A stretch of DNA of 32,965 nt from Candidatus Kaiserbacteria bacterium CG_4_10_14_0_2_um_filter_50_16 (GTDB lineage Bacteria; Patescibacteriota; Minisyncoccia; Phycocordibacterales; Phycocordibacteraceae). The stretch lies in assembly GCA_002793115.1 (NCBI GenBank), contig PFPP01000059.1:1-32965 (forward strand). The letters run 5' to 3'. The notes under the pieces were generated by a model. It made no database searches. It worked only from the letters and a program-made list of their open reading frames with translations, and was not told the origin of the DNA. Position 1 is the first letter of the stretch; every line of letters begins with the position of its first letter. The position numbers and the translations under genes are program-made. Of this stretch, positions 25,721 to 32,965 are shown one piece after another.

Positions 25721-27682
25721 ATGACAAGGAACGCCACATATGAAGGCCCAATAACGATGACCCGGAAGGGTTTCGGTTTTTTTTCTATTGATGAAGACCA
25801 TGAGGATCTCCTCATTCCTCCAGAATGGACTAATCACGCGCTCTCGGGCGATATTGTAAAAGTCGTTTCGATCGGCAAGTATAGCGACACGTCTATTGGG
25901 AACATACCAGCGCGAGAAGCGGGAAAAGTCATCGAGATTGTTTCGCGCGCGCGCGAAACATTCGTCGGTACTCTTGTAGAGGAAAATGGCCTCACCTTTC
26001 TTGCTCCTGATTATAAAAAGATGTATGTGCCGATTGTCATACTGGATAGAGATAATACACCACTTGGTTATAAAGTCGTTGTGCGCCTCGTGAGTTGGGA
26101 CGCGGGAAAAGAATACCCTCTCGGCACCATAGAACAAGTTATCGGCAAGGCCGGCGTGCACGAGACCGAGATGCGCGCGCTCGCGCTCGGACAAGGGTTC
26201 TCGAGCGACTTCCCTCCTGGTGTCATTGCTGATGCGAAGAATCTTGAAAAGAACGGTGCCACAATGCTCGCCACGGAAGCTACACAATCCGTCAAGGCCG
26301 GACTGCGTCGTGATTTCAGAGAAGTCACAACCTTCACCATCGACCCATTCGATGCAAAAGATTTCGACGACGCTCTTTCGGTGCGCGCACTCGTCGACGG
26401 TATGATAGAAGTTGGCGTGCATATCGCTGATGTCTCCTTCTTCGTGAAGTCGGGTAGTGCGCTCGATAAGGAGGCCACTGCACGTGCGACAAGCGTGTAC
26501 CTTGTCGATCGTACTATCCCCATGCTCCCTGAAATTCTCTCGAACGACCTCTGTTCACTCAAACAGGGGGAAGACCGTCTTGCAGTTTCCGCCGTCTTCA
26601 CACTCGACTGCGAGGCGAATGTCAAAGATGTGTGGTTTGGCGAAACCGTCATCCATTCCAATACGCGCTTCACATATGAAAATGCGCAAGAGGTTCTTGA
26701 CATGGGTATCGGTACTCTGCACAAAGAACTTTCGCTCCTTTCCACACTTTCGAAGAAGATCCGTGCGCGCCGAACAGCGAAGGGCGCCATAGAATTCGAT
26801 ACGGCCGAAGTGAAGGTCGAGCTTGATCCGGTCGGCACGCCAATCGCCATTCATCTGAAAGAGCGTAAAGCCACCAATCTTCTCATCGAGGATTTTATGC
26901 TTCTTGCGAATGAAGCGGTAGCGAAGTATCTAGCACAGCTAACGAAAAACGGTGGGCCGCATTTTTATTCACTCTATCGTGTTCATGATGCACCGAATGC
27001 CGACCGCATTGAAAATCTGGCGAATCTTCTGCGCGTTATGGGCTATAATTTGAAAATTTCTGGGAACGGCAACGTTACTGGTGCGGAATTGAATACACTT
27101 CTTGAAGCGGTAAAGGGCAAGCCAGAGGAATATCTCGTGAAGATGGCGACTCTCCGCTCGATGAGTAAGGCTGTGTACGCAACGCACAATATAGGCCATT
27201 TCGGTCTTGCATTCGACTTTTATACCCACTTCACTTCCCCGATACGTCGTTATCCAGATCTCGTTATACATCGCCTCCTGAAAGCGCATTCTGGTGGCGA
27301 TCCAATTACGACGCAAGAGATGCAGACGTTTGACACCCTCGCGATTCATGCTTCAGAACGCGAAGTCGCGGCATCCGACGCCGAGCGCGACTCGATTAAG
27401 ATGAAGCAAGTCGAATTTTTGGCCGACAAAATCGGGCAAGAATTCGATGCTGTCATCTCTGGCGTTACCGAGCACGGTCTCTATGTTGAAGAAAAAACGA
27501 CGCATGCCGACGGTATGATTAACATACGTAATGCCGGCGATGACTATTTCGAGTACGACGAGAAGCATTATCGCCTCATTGGTCGTCGCACGCACAAGAC
27601 CTACCAGCTCGGTAACCCCATCCGCGTGAAATTAATCGCTGCCCGTATTCCAGAAAAAGAATTAGATTTTATTCCCGCATAA
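25721..27682 (+). CDS. rnr: Ribonuclease R / RNase II-family 3'-5' exoribonuclease
   Basis: The RNB domain blocks are TIDPFDAKDFDDALSV, SVYLVDRTIPMLP and HFGLAFDFYTHFTSPIRRYPDL. A C-terminal S1 domain is present (FDAVISGVTEHGLYVEE). Confidence 0.92.
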   Translation: MTRNATYEGPITMTRKGFGFFSIDEDHEDLLIPPEWTNHALSGDIVKVVSIGKYSDTSIGNIPAREAGKVIEIVSRARETFVGTLVEENGLTFLAPDYKKMYVPIVILDRDNTPLGYKVVVRLVSWDAGKEYPLGTIEQVIGKAGVHETEMRALALGQGFSSDFPPGVIADAKNLEKNGATMLATEATQSVKAGLRRDFREVTTFTIDPFDAKDFDDALSVRALVDGMIEVGVHIADVSFFVKSGSALDKEATARATSVYLVDRTIPMLPEILSNDLCSLKQGEDRLAVSAVFTLDCEANVKDVWFGETVIHSNTRFTYENAQEVLDMGIGTLHKELSLLSTLSKKIRARRTAKGAIEFDTAEVKVELDPVGTPIAIHLKERKATNLLIEDFMLLANEAVAKYLAQLTKNGGPHFYSLYRVHDAPNADRIENLANLLRVMGYNLKISGNGNVTGAELNTLLEAVKGKPEEYLVKMATLRSMSKAVYATHNIGHFGLAFDFYTHFTSPIRRYPDLVIHRLLKAHSGGDPITTQEMQTFDTLAIHASEREVAASDAERDSIKMKQVEFLADKIGQEFDAVISGVTEHGLYVEEKTTHADGMINIRNAGDDYFEYDEKHYRLIGRRTHKTYQLGNPIRVKLIAARIPEKELDFIPA

Positions 27683-27712
27683 TAATAAGTGGAAGTGTAA
27701 TCTCCGAGAAAT

Positions 27713-29935
27713 TTATTTCGCCACCACGATGGCTTCGTCGAATTTGACGGACAATAGCTTACTGACGCCGTCGCCGCCCATGGTAACACCGTATAAAATG
27801 TTTGTGCGACTCATGGTCTCGCGATTGTGGGTGATGACGATGAGCTGTGACTTCTTCGCGAGGTTTTTTATCATATCGCCGTAACGATGGCTATTTGCCT
27901 CGTCAAGCGCGGCATCGGTCTCGTCGAGAATAAGGAATGGTGGCGGGTTTACCTGACTCATCGCGAAGATGAGAGCAATTGAAGTAAGCGCTCGCTCGCC
28001 GCCAGAGAGCTGCATGAGTGAACGCACTTTTTTCTTCGGCAGATTGACCGCGATTTCTATACCGGGTCTTTGTTCTTCTTGTGGTACATTGTTCAACTTC
28101 TCACAATCTTCGGCTTCCTCTTCGTCGGTCTCGAGCTCTTCGAGTGCGAGACGCGCGCTCCCGCCGCCGAACATAAGCGCGAAATATTCGCCGAACGATG
28201 TGTTCACCTTTTCGAGTCCCTCAGAAAAGTGCTTCGCGAGTTCCGTGTCCAAGTCGCGGATGAGCGCTCCAAGACCCGCCGCCGACTTTGCAAGATCGTT
28301 GAGTTCGGTGGTAAGGAAAGCCTCGCGTTCGGAAACTTCTTTATGTTCCCTTCGTATATCTTCGCCAGTACCGCCCGCCTCTTCTAGGCGAATCTTTAAA
28401 CGTTCAAGTGTTCGGTGACGATCCTCTTGCATCTTGCGCTCTTCGTGTGGCGCCGCAGGAAGAGCTACGTAGGCCATGGCTTCTGTACCGCCCAGGACGA
28501 CAACTTCCTGCTTGTCGCGTTCAAGCGCTTCGACAAGAAGTGTGAGCTCGAATTCGCGAGCTTCCGCTTTCGTTCTCTCTCCCTCCTCATGCGCTTTTGC
28601 CTGAGCCACATCGAGGATACGCCGCCGAATTTCTCGGCTGGTTTCTTCGAGCGCTATCATATCTTCGCGCGAGCGCGCTCGTGCAGTTTCAGCCTTTTCG
28701 AGTCTCACAGAAACAGCTGTATATTTTTCAATAAGCGTGATGTGCTCCCTTTCGAGCTTGTGTGCGGCATCTTCTTCGTCAGAGAGGTATTCATCGTGCG
28801 GCATACTGTGCCGAGTAAAGAATATCTTTATCGCTGTATGGATGGCGGTGAGTGCGGCGCGGAGCGCTTCAATACTCCCGCCTGCAAGAATCTTGATTTG
28901 TGTCTCGACCTCGGTATGCAGCGCTTCGAGCTCTTCGCGCGGCACCTTCGCGTATGGCTCGCTCACGACCACAGAAGCGCGGCGCTGTACCTCGGCGAGT
29001 GCTCCTTCGATGCGGCCTATCTCACGCGAGAGCGCCGTCCGCATACCGGAGAGTTCATAAACTTCATGTTCTGCCTTTCGCAGGGCTTCGGTGCGTTGCA
29101 CTGTTCCGCGATCAGCTGATTTCGGGTCGGCAATCTGTTCAAGCTCGGTACTGACGACGACAAGTCGCTCCTCTGTCGCCCGTTTCTCTTCAACAATTTT
29201 CAGTTGTTCCTGCGTGATATACACATCCTCGATCGCGAAGTACGTTCGCGCGAGGTCGATGAGTTCGGTACGCAGAGCATCGGCGCGTTCAAGTTTCTTT
29301 ACCTGGCTTTCGAGGAAGCGCACATGCGGCGTCAATTCTCTCCTTAGAGCATTGACCTGCGCAATATTCTCTTCGGTCTTTTCGAGTTTCTTCGCCGCTT
29401 CATGTTTCTTGAATTCGTAGATCTGAAGCCCGAGGGCGTCCTCGAGCATCGCTCGGCGATCGCGTGGCGACGCGAGTAGTATACGATCCGCTTCCCCTTG
29501 GGAAATAATGTGGTGGCCCGTCTCGCCGATATTCGCTCCGGCAAGCAATTCGACAACGTCGCGCAGACGCACGCGCGAACCGTTGATCGAGTACTCGCTC
29601 GTTCCATCGCGGAAGACGGCGCGCTCGATCGCGACTTCGTCAAAGTCAATTTTGAAGGGACGCGATCCGCGCGCCGACAAATTATCGAATACGATGACAA
29701 CCGCCGCGCGAGAAGCGCGCGGGACCGAATGCGAACCGCCCCAGATGAGGTCCTCTGCGCGCTTGCCGCGCATGCTCTTCATCGACTGCTCGCCGAGCGC
29801 GAAACGGAACGCTTCGGCGACATTGCTTTTCCCCGAACCGTTCGGTCCGACAATCGCGGTGGTCGCGCTCGAAAAATCCAAGACTGTTTTCCTGGCGAAC
29901 GATTTAAACCCAACTATTTCTAGTCGCTTCAACAT
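27713..29935 (-). CDS. smc: SMC-family chromosome condensation ATPase, unusually short (about 740 aa), with no recognisable hinge
   Basis: The N-terminal head is LEIVGFKSF...IVGPNGSGKSNVAEAFRFALGEQS. The C-terminal head is LSGGERALTSIALIFA...PFLILDETDAALD...LIVITHNRETM..LYGVTM. The gene sits immediately downstream of rnc, as smc does in many bacteria. I chose the ATG at 29935 (MLKRLEI). Confidence 0.8.
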   Translation of the reverse strand: MLKRLEIVGFKSFARKTVLDFSSATTAIVGPNGSGKSNVAEAFRFALGEQSMKSMRGKRAEDLIWGGSHSVPRASRAAVVIVFDNLSARGSRPFKIDFDEVAIERAVFRDGTSEYSINGSRVRLRDVVELLAGANIGETGHHIISQGEADRILLASPRDRRAMLEDALGLQIYEFKKHEAAKKLEKTEENIAQVNALRRELTPHVRFLESQVKKLERADALRTELIDLARTYFAIEDVYITQEQLKIVEEKRATEERLVVVSTELEQIADPKSADRGTVQRTEALRKAEHEVYELSGMRTALSREIGRIEGALAEVQRRASVVVSEPYAKVPREELEALHTEVETQIKILAGGSIEALRAALTAIHTAIKIFFTRHSMPHDEYLSDEEDAAHKLEREHITLIEKYTAVSVRLEKAETARARSREDMIALEETSREIRRRILDVAQAKAHEEGERTKAEAREFELTLLVEALERDKQEVVVLGGTEAMAYVALPAAPHEERKMQEDRHRTLERLKIRLEEAGGTGEDIRREHKEVSEREAFLTTELNDLAKSAAGLGALIRDLDTELAKHFSEGLEKVNTSFGEYFALMFGGGSARLALEELETDEEEAEDCEKLNNVPQEEQRPGIEIAVNLPKKKVRSLMQLSGGERALTSIALIFAMSQVNPPPFLILDETDAALDEANSHRYGDMIKNLAKKSQLIVITHNRETMSRTNILYGVTMGGDGVSKLLSVKFDEAIVVAK

Positions 29936-29949
29936 TGGTATGTATTGTA

Positions 29950-30639
29950 TCACCACCGCATCGTCGTGAGCCCGGATTCGGCGGCTGCTTGTTCCGCTTC
30001 CTGCTTGCTCTGCCCTTCCCCTCGAGCTATTTCTTCAGTTCCGATGAACACGCCGACGGTAAAAAGTTTCTCGTGGTCGGGACCGACTTCGGATATCGTC
30101 TCATACGCTGGCGTTATGCCGCGCTTCTCCTGCGCAATTTCCTGGAAGCGGCTTTTTGCGTTTTGATAGGAACGCTTCGCGATGATGTCATCGATCTTGC
30201 CGTAAAGGTTCCGCGCAATAAATGTTTCAGCCGCTTCGAATCCCTTATCGAGATAGATTGCGCCGACGATCGCTTCAAAAGCGTCTGCGAGTATGACATC
30301 GCGTGCGCGGTCAGTGTCCTTCGCTTCGCCTTTTGAGAGCAATAGAAAATCGTTGATGTTGAGCGCTCGCGTACTTTCGGCAAGAGAGGCGGTGTTTACC
30401 AGAGCGGCGCGATAGCTGGTAAGTTCGCCCTCGGATGTGGCAGGAAACTTCTTGAAAAGGAAATTGGTGGTAGCGAGCTCGATGACAGCGTCGCCGAGAA
30501 ACTCGAGCCGTTCGTTATGTTTTCCCGCGTAGTCGCGATGTTCGTTGAGATAGGAGCGGTGCGTCAGGGCCTCGATAAAAAGATTAAGATTATTGAATGA
30601 GAGACCGAGTATGCGCGCACAATAAGAAAAATCAGGCAT
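29950..30639 (-). CDS. rnc: Ribonuclease III
   Basis: The signature is HNERLEFLGDAVIEL, and a C-terminal dsRBD is present (KSRFQEIAQEK...FTVGVFIG...GEGQSKQEAEQAAA). The start overlaps the upstream stop by 8 nt. Confidence 0.92.
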   Translation of the reverse strand: MPDFSYCARILGLSFNNLNLFIEALTHRSYLNEHRDYAGKHNERLEFLGDAVIELATTNFLFKKFPATSEGELTSYRAALVNTASLAESTRALNINDFLLLSKGEAKDTDRARDVILADAFEAIVGAIYLDKGFEAAETFIARNLYGKIDDIIAKRSYQNAKSRFQEIAQEKRGITPAYETISEVGPDHEKLFTVGVFIGTEEIARGEGQSKQEAEQAAAESGLTTMRW

Positions 30640-31522
30640 ATGCGTCGAGGAGTTTTTGAACGGCTACTGTAACGATAGGAAGCATATCATCATAAAAGTT
30701 GAGATCAATAATGTCTTGGAGACGGAACCATTTCGCATCATCAAGCCCGCCACTTTTCTTGAGTACGATTGGCTCGAAGCTACTTGAGGCGAGAAAGAAC
30801 CATACATGCTTACGCACCCTTCCCCTTTCCGGATGCGAAGCGACGTACTCGTTCTCGCCGACTTTGGTCCCTATAGTAGCAGTAAGACCGAGTTCTTCCT
30901 TGATAACGCGCGCGATGCCGACCTCCAGCGTCATATCCTCTTCGATGTGGCCTTTTGAGAGCGTCCAGTGGCCGAAAACATCGTGTACAAGTGCCAGATA
31001 ATACTGCCCGTTATGTGTGGCATATACGATCGCGCCTCCCATTTTTTCTACAGGCAAATCTTCACGCTTCGTCTTTTTTATCCCCTGTTCGTCTTTCCCT
31101 GGCTCGCCGAGCTCTTTATACACCGCGCCCAACACGCCGTTTATAAAACGACCCGAAGAATCGCCGCCAAAAGTCTTCGCGAGCTCGATGGCTTCATTAA
31201 TGGCAACCTTCGCCGGCACTTGCGCGCGATCGGCGAAGAGGAGTTCGTAAAGTCCGAGGCGCAGGATATTGCGATCGATCGGTGCGATGCGCTCGAGGGG
31301 CCACTCCGGTGCGGCCTTCTCGATAACGAGATCAATGTCGCTCCGTTTCGCGAGGACGCCAGAGAGGAGGTTGTCTATAAATGGCTGATCGGCATCGCCG
31401 CCGCCGAATTCAGCGATGTTGCGCGCGAGAATCGTTTGAGTATCCTTCTCACTCGCATGGGTAGTGTCCCATTCGAAGAGCGTCTGAAGAACAACGGAGC
31501 GCGCTAAATGTCGGTTCGCCAT
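30632..31522 (-). CDS. nusB: NusB antitermination factor fused to a C-terminal Nudix-fold domain
   Basis: The N-terminal roughly 140 aa are NusB (RSVVLQTLFEWD..., IDRNILRLGLYELLF, AINEAIELAKTFGGDSSGRFINGVLG). The C-terminal roughly 150 aa are Nudix-like (GHWTLSKGHIEEDMTLEVGIARVIKEELGL). I chose the ATG at 31522 (MANRHLARS). The ORF-track extension reads through a palindrome. Confidence 0.8.
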   Translation of the reverse strand: MANRHLARSVVLQTLFEWDTTHASEKDTQTILARNIAEFGGGDADQPFIDNLLSGVLAKRSDIDLVIEKAAPEWPLERIAPIDRNILRLGLYELLFADRAQVPAKVAINEAIELAKTFGGDSSGRFINGVLGAVYKELGEPGKDEQGIKKTKREDLPVEKMGGAIVYATHNGQYYLALVHDVFGHWTLSKGHIEEDMTLEVGIARVIKEELGLTATIGTKVGENEYVASHPERGRVRKHVWFFLASSSFEPIVLKKSGGLDDAKWFRLQDIIDLNFYDDMLPIVTVAVQKLLDAYA

Positions 31523-31588
31523 GGAAAGATCTGTGTGGAGTAAGTATATAACAGACCAAGTGACTGCGCAAACTGCGCATGTGCAAAA

Positions 31589-31637
31589 AACGTGGCGGTT
31601 CGACCGCCAAGTTGCTTGGCGGTCGAACCGCCACGTT
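31589..31637 (-). terminator. Rho-independent terminator downstream of rpmF (perfect 23-bp stem)
   Basis: The minus strand reads AACGTGGCGGTTCGACCGCCAAG-CAA-CTTGGCGGTCGAACCGCCACGTT followed by TTTTTTG. It lies 16 nt after the L32 stop. Confidence 0.7.
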
Positions 31638-31653
31638 AACCGCCACGTTAAAA

Positions 31654-32013
31654 TCAAACACCGCCGCCGAAACCGCTCCGAGCTTTCGGCCGGCCGCCGG
31701 TCGCGACCTTGCCAGAAATCCCTTTTGAACTTTCCGCTTCTGCGTTTGCATGAATTTCCTGTGCATGTTCATGCGCATGCTTTTCTGCAGGCGCAGTAGA
31801 AGGACCTTTTGCTTTTGATTCATGCTTGGTCTTCACTTTGGGCGTAAAAATCTGCTTGCCACGATACATGCCAGTTGCCTCATCGAGACGATGCGGGAGA
31901 CGGAGATTGCCGCTTTCTTTATCCTGTATCGCTTGAATGCCTTTAAGTGCATGATGCGACCGGCGATTACCGGTATGGCCTCTGGTATGACGCATGCGAA
32001 TTGACATAGACAC
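31654..32013 (-). CDS. rpmF: 50S ribosomal protein L32 (Cys-less form) with a long C-terminal extension
   Basis: MSIRMRHTRGHTGNRRSHHALKG...LRLPHRLDEATGMYRGKQIF matches the bL32 pattern (RR.HHAL, LPHR, G.Y.G). It is followed by a tail of about 60 aa rich in Lys, His, Ala and Gly. Confidence 0.8.
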   Translation of the reverse strand: MSMSIRMRHTRGHTGNRRSHHALKGIQAIQDKESGNLRLPHRLDEATGMYRGKQIFTPKVKTKHESKAKGPSTAPAEKHAHEHAQEIHANAEAESSKGISGKVATGGRPKARSGFGGGV

Positions 32014-32041
32014 TACCCTAGCATGCGGCTGACAAAATGAG

Positions 32042-32066
32042 AAGCGCCATCCTTTCGGTGGCGCTT
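32042..32066 (-). terminator. Possible terminator after rnhB
   Basis: The minus strand reads AAGCGCCA-ccgaaagga-TGGCGCTT followed by CTCATTTTG. The stem is 8 bp and the T-tract is weak. Confidence 0.4.
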
Positions 32067-32161
32067 GTGTTGTTTGTGGGGTTATTTACCTCTGGAAGCT
32101 ACAATCAGATGCCTCCACGGACGAAATCGGACCTTGTTGCTTACAACAAAGCGTTAAGGTG

Positions 32162-32773
32162 TTAACTCTTCAGGTGTATGAAAGAGTGGCGGTGGATAAC
32201 GCAAGGTCCGTACTTCTTGAGCGCTTCGTAATGCGCCATTGTACCGTACCCTTTATGTTTTTCGAAACCATAGAGTGGGTACTGCTCCGCCAGTTCAACC
32301 ATGAGTCTGTCGCGAGTTATCTTCGCCGCAATGGAAGCAAGCGAGATAACAGGGACTAGCCCGTCGCCATTGATGATGGTCTCTTGCATATATTCTTGTG
32401 GTGCGTGGAGCGCGCCGTCGAGCAAAATATGGAAGTCAGACTTCTGAAAATTCCTTGAAGTCTGACTTCCATATTTTACAAGCTTGTTCACGCCGCGCGA
32501 GAGCGCGCGGCGTATGGCAGGTACAATACCTTCCCTATCGATCATCTCGGCATCTTCGAGCTCAACTGTAAAACGCACGTCTCCAAAGGCGACGCGCGCT
32601 TCCAGCATTCTAAAAAGCCTTTCACGTTTTTTCTCCGAAAGTTTTTTAGAATCAGCAACACCCAGGAACTCCCGCGCCACATCAAACTCTTCAGGCACAG
32701 CAACCACCCCAACAGCGACTGGCCCCGCCAGAGGCCCCCGTCCCGCCTCATCCACTCCAAGCACGCATCGCAT
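32162..32773 (-). CDS. rnhB: Ribonuclease HII (carrying an in-frame palindromic insertion)
   Basis: GVDEAGRGPLAGPVAVGVV, ADSKKLSEKKRE, LLDG and SIAAKITRD are present. The ORF is intact. Confidence 0.9.
   Translation of the reverse strand: MRCVLGVDEAGRGPLAGPVAVGVVAVPEEFDVAREFLGVADSKKLSEKKRERLFRMLEARVAFGDVRFTVELEDAEMIDREGIVPAIRRALSRGVNKLVKYGSQTSRNFQKSDFHILLDGALHAPQEYMQETIINGDGLVPVISLASIAAKITRDRLMVELAEQYPLYGFEKHKGYGTMAHYEALKKYGPCVIHRHSFIHLKS
32424..32477. repeat. REPIN-like inverted REP doublet inside rnhB
   Basis: The arms are AAAATATGGAAGTCAGACTTC and GAAGTCTGACTTCCATATTTT, separated by the 12-nt spacer tgaaaattcctt. They form a perfect 21-nt inverted repeat, and each arm carries the 13-nt family core. 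Confidence 0.8.
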
Positions 32774-32779
32774 ATTTAG

Positions 32780-32965
32780 TTAAAATCGCGTTGAACAATC
32801 TTGATGGGCCCATGTGCCAGGAAACTGGTGATATGTACAAAAGTTGGCGCTTGATGGACCTACCCGAATATAGCAGCGGTCTGAACCACCCTTATCATCC
32901 TCCGTATTGACGGTGAGTACATATGAATCTGTTCCATCGCTACAGTAACAATAACCAGCACCATC
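32780..32965 (-). CDS. C-terminal end of an ORF that is open at the right edge of the window (possibly a PKD/Ig-like repeat surface protein)
   Basis: The minus-strand frame is open from 32965 to the TAA at 32780: DGAGYCYCSDGTDSYVLTVNTEDDKGGSDRCYIRVGPSS.... The Y.LTV...D..G.S block is PKD-like. The ORF is co-directional with rnhB and 6 nt upstream of it. It is not in the ORF track because it has no start codon in the window. Confidence 0.3.
   Translation of the reverse strand, partial: DGAGYCYCSDGTDSYVLTVNTEDDKGGSDRCYIRVGPSSANFCTYHQFPGTWAHQDCSTRF

Noticed and set aside
27683-27712. A bidirectional terminator between the convergent rnr and smc genes.
   Set aside because: Only a 5-bp GAAAT/ATTTC inverted repeat is present, which is too weak to call.
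1-32965. Possible alternative genetic code (UGA recoding, as in some CPR lineages).
   Set aside because: All large conserved genes (rpoB, rpoC, dnaG, rnr, hisS) are uninterrupted under the standard code. TGA is used as a genuine stop in several ATGA overlaps and at the ends of the RAYT, nusB and helicase genes.
1-32965. CRISPR arrays, tRNA, rRNA, tmRNA or SRP RNA genes in the intergenic spacers (445-753, 4611-4891, 7366-7676, 13556-13951, 24140-24348, 32014-32161).
   Set aside because: I saw no regularly spaced direct repeats, no cloverleaf-compatible segments with T-loop GTTCRANYC-type motifs, and no SRP or tmRNA signature sequences. This was inspection by eye only, so tRNAscan and Infernal should confirm it.

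Overview
The window looks like a chromosomal segment from a small-genome bacterium, probably CPR/Patescibacteria-like. That placement is an inference from gene content: a Cys-less extended L32, an RRM protein, GH130 'PH1107-type' glycosidases, weak Shine-Dalgarno usage and many ATGA/TAATG start-stop overlaps. The standard code fits: all conserved genes are uninterrupted and TGA serves as a stop.

Core content:
- Minus strand, information-processing block: rpsP, a KH protein and trmD, then rpoB, rpoC, dnaG, rpoD and a small membrane protein.
- Minus strand, second block: a partial ORF, rnhB, rpmF, a nusB::Nudix fusion, rnc and a short smc. This block converges on rnr, which is on the plus strand.
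- Plus strand: an operon with three GH130 modules and a phosphomannomutase-like HAD protein; then an RRM RNA-binding protein, prmC, two membrane proteins, hisS, a DEDDy exonuclease and a DsbA-like oxidoreductase.

Accessory content:
- An IS481-like transposase relic at the left edge.
- A REP-associated tyrosine transposase (RAYT) with its palindromic REP family.
- A PIF1-like helicase.
- A PD-(D/E)XK nuclease.
- A visibly AT-rich orphan patch.

I recognised no rRNA, tRNA or CRISPR array.

The most unusual signal is the REP family with core GAAGTC[A/T]GACTTC. It flanks the RAYT gene, and it also sits in frame inside the RAYT gene and, as an inverted doublet, inside the essential rnhB gene. Other points worth a second look are a hinge-less roughly 740-aa SMC, the NusB-Nudix fusion with a partly degenerate Nudix box, the fused and membrane-tethered GH130 modules, a nested 49-nt hairpin with a 12-nt tandem duplication, and non-canonical rpoBC/dnaG/rpoD synteny.
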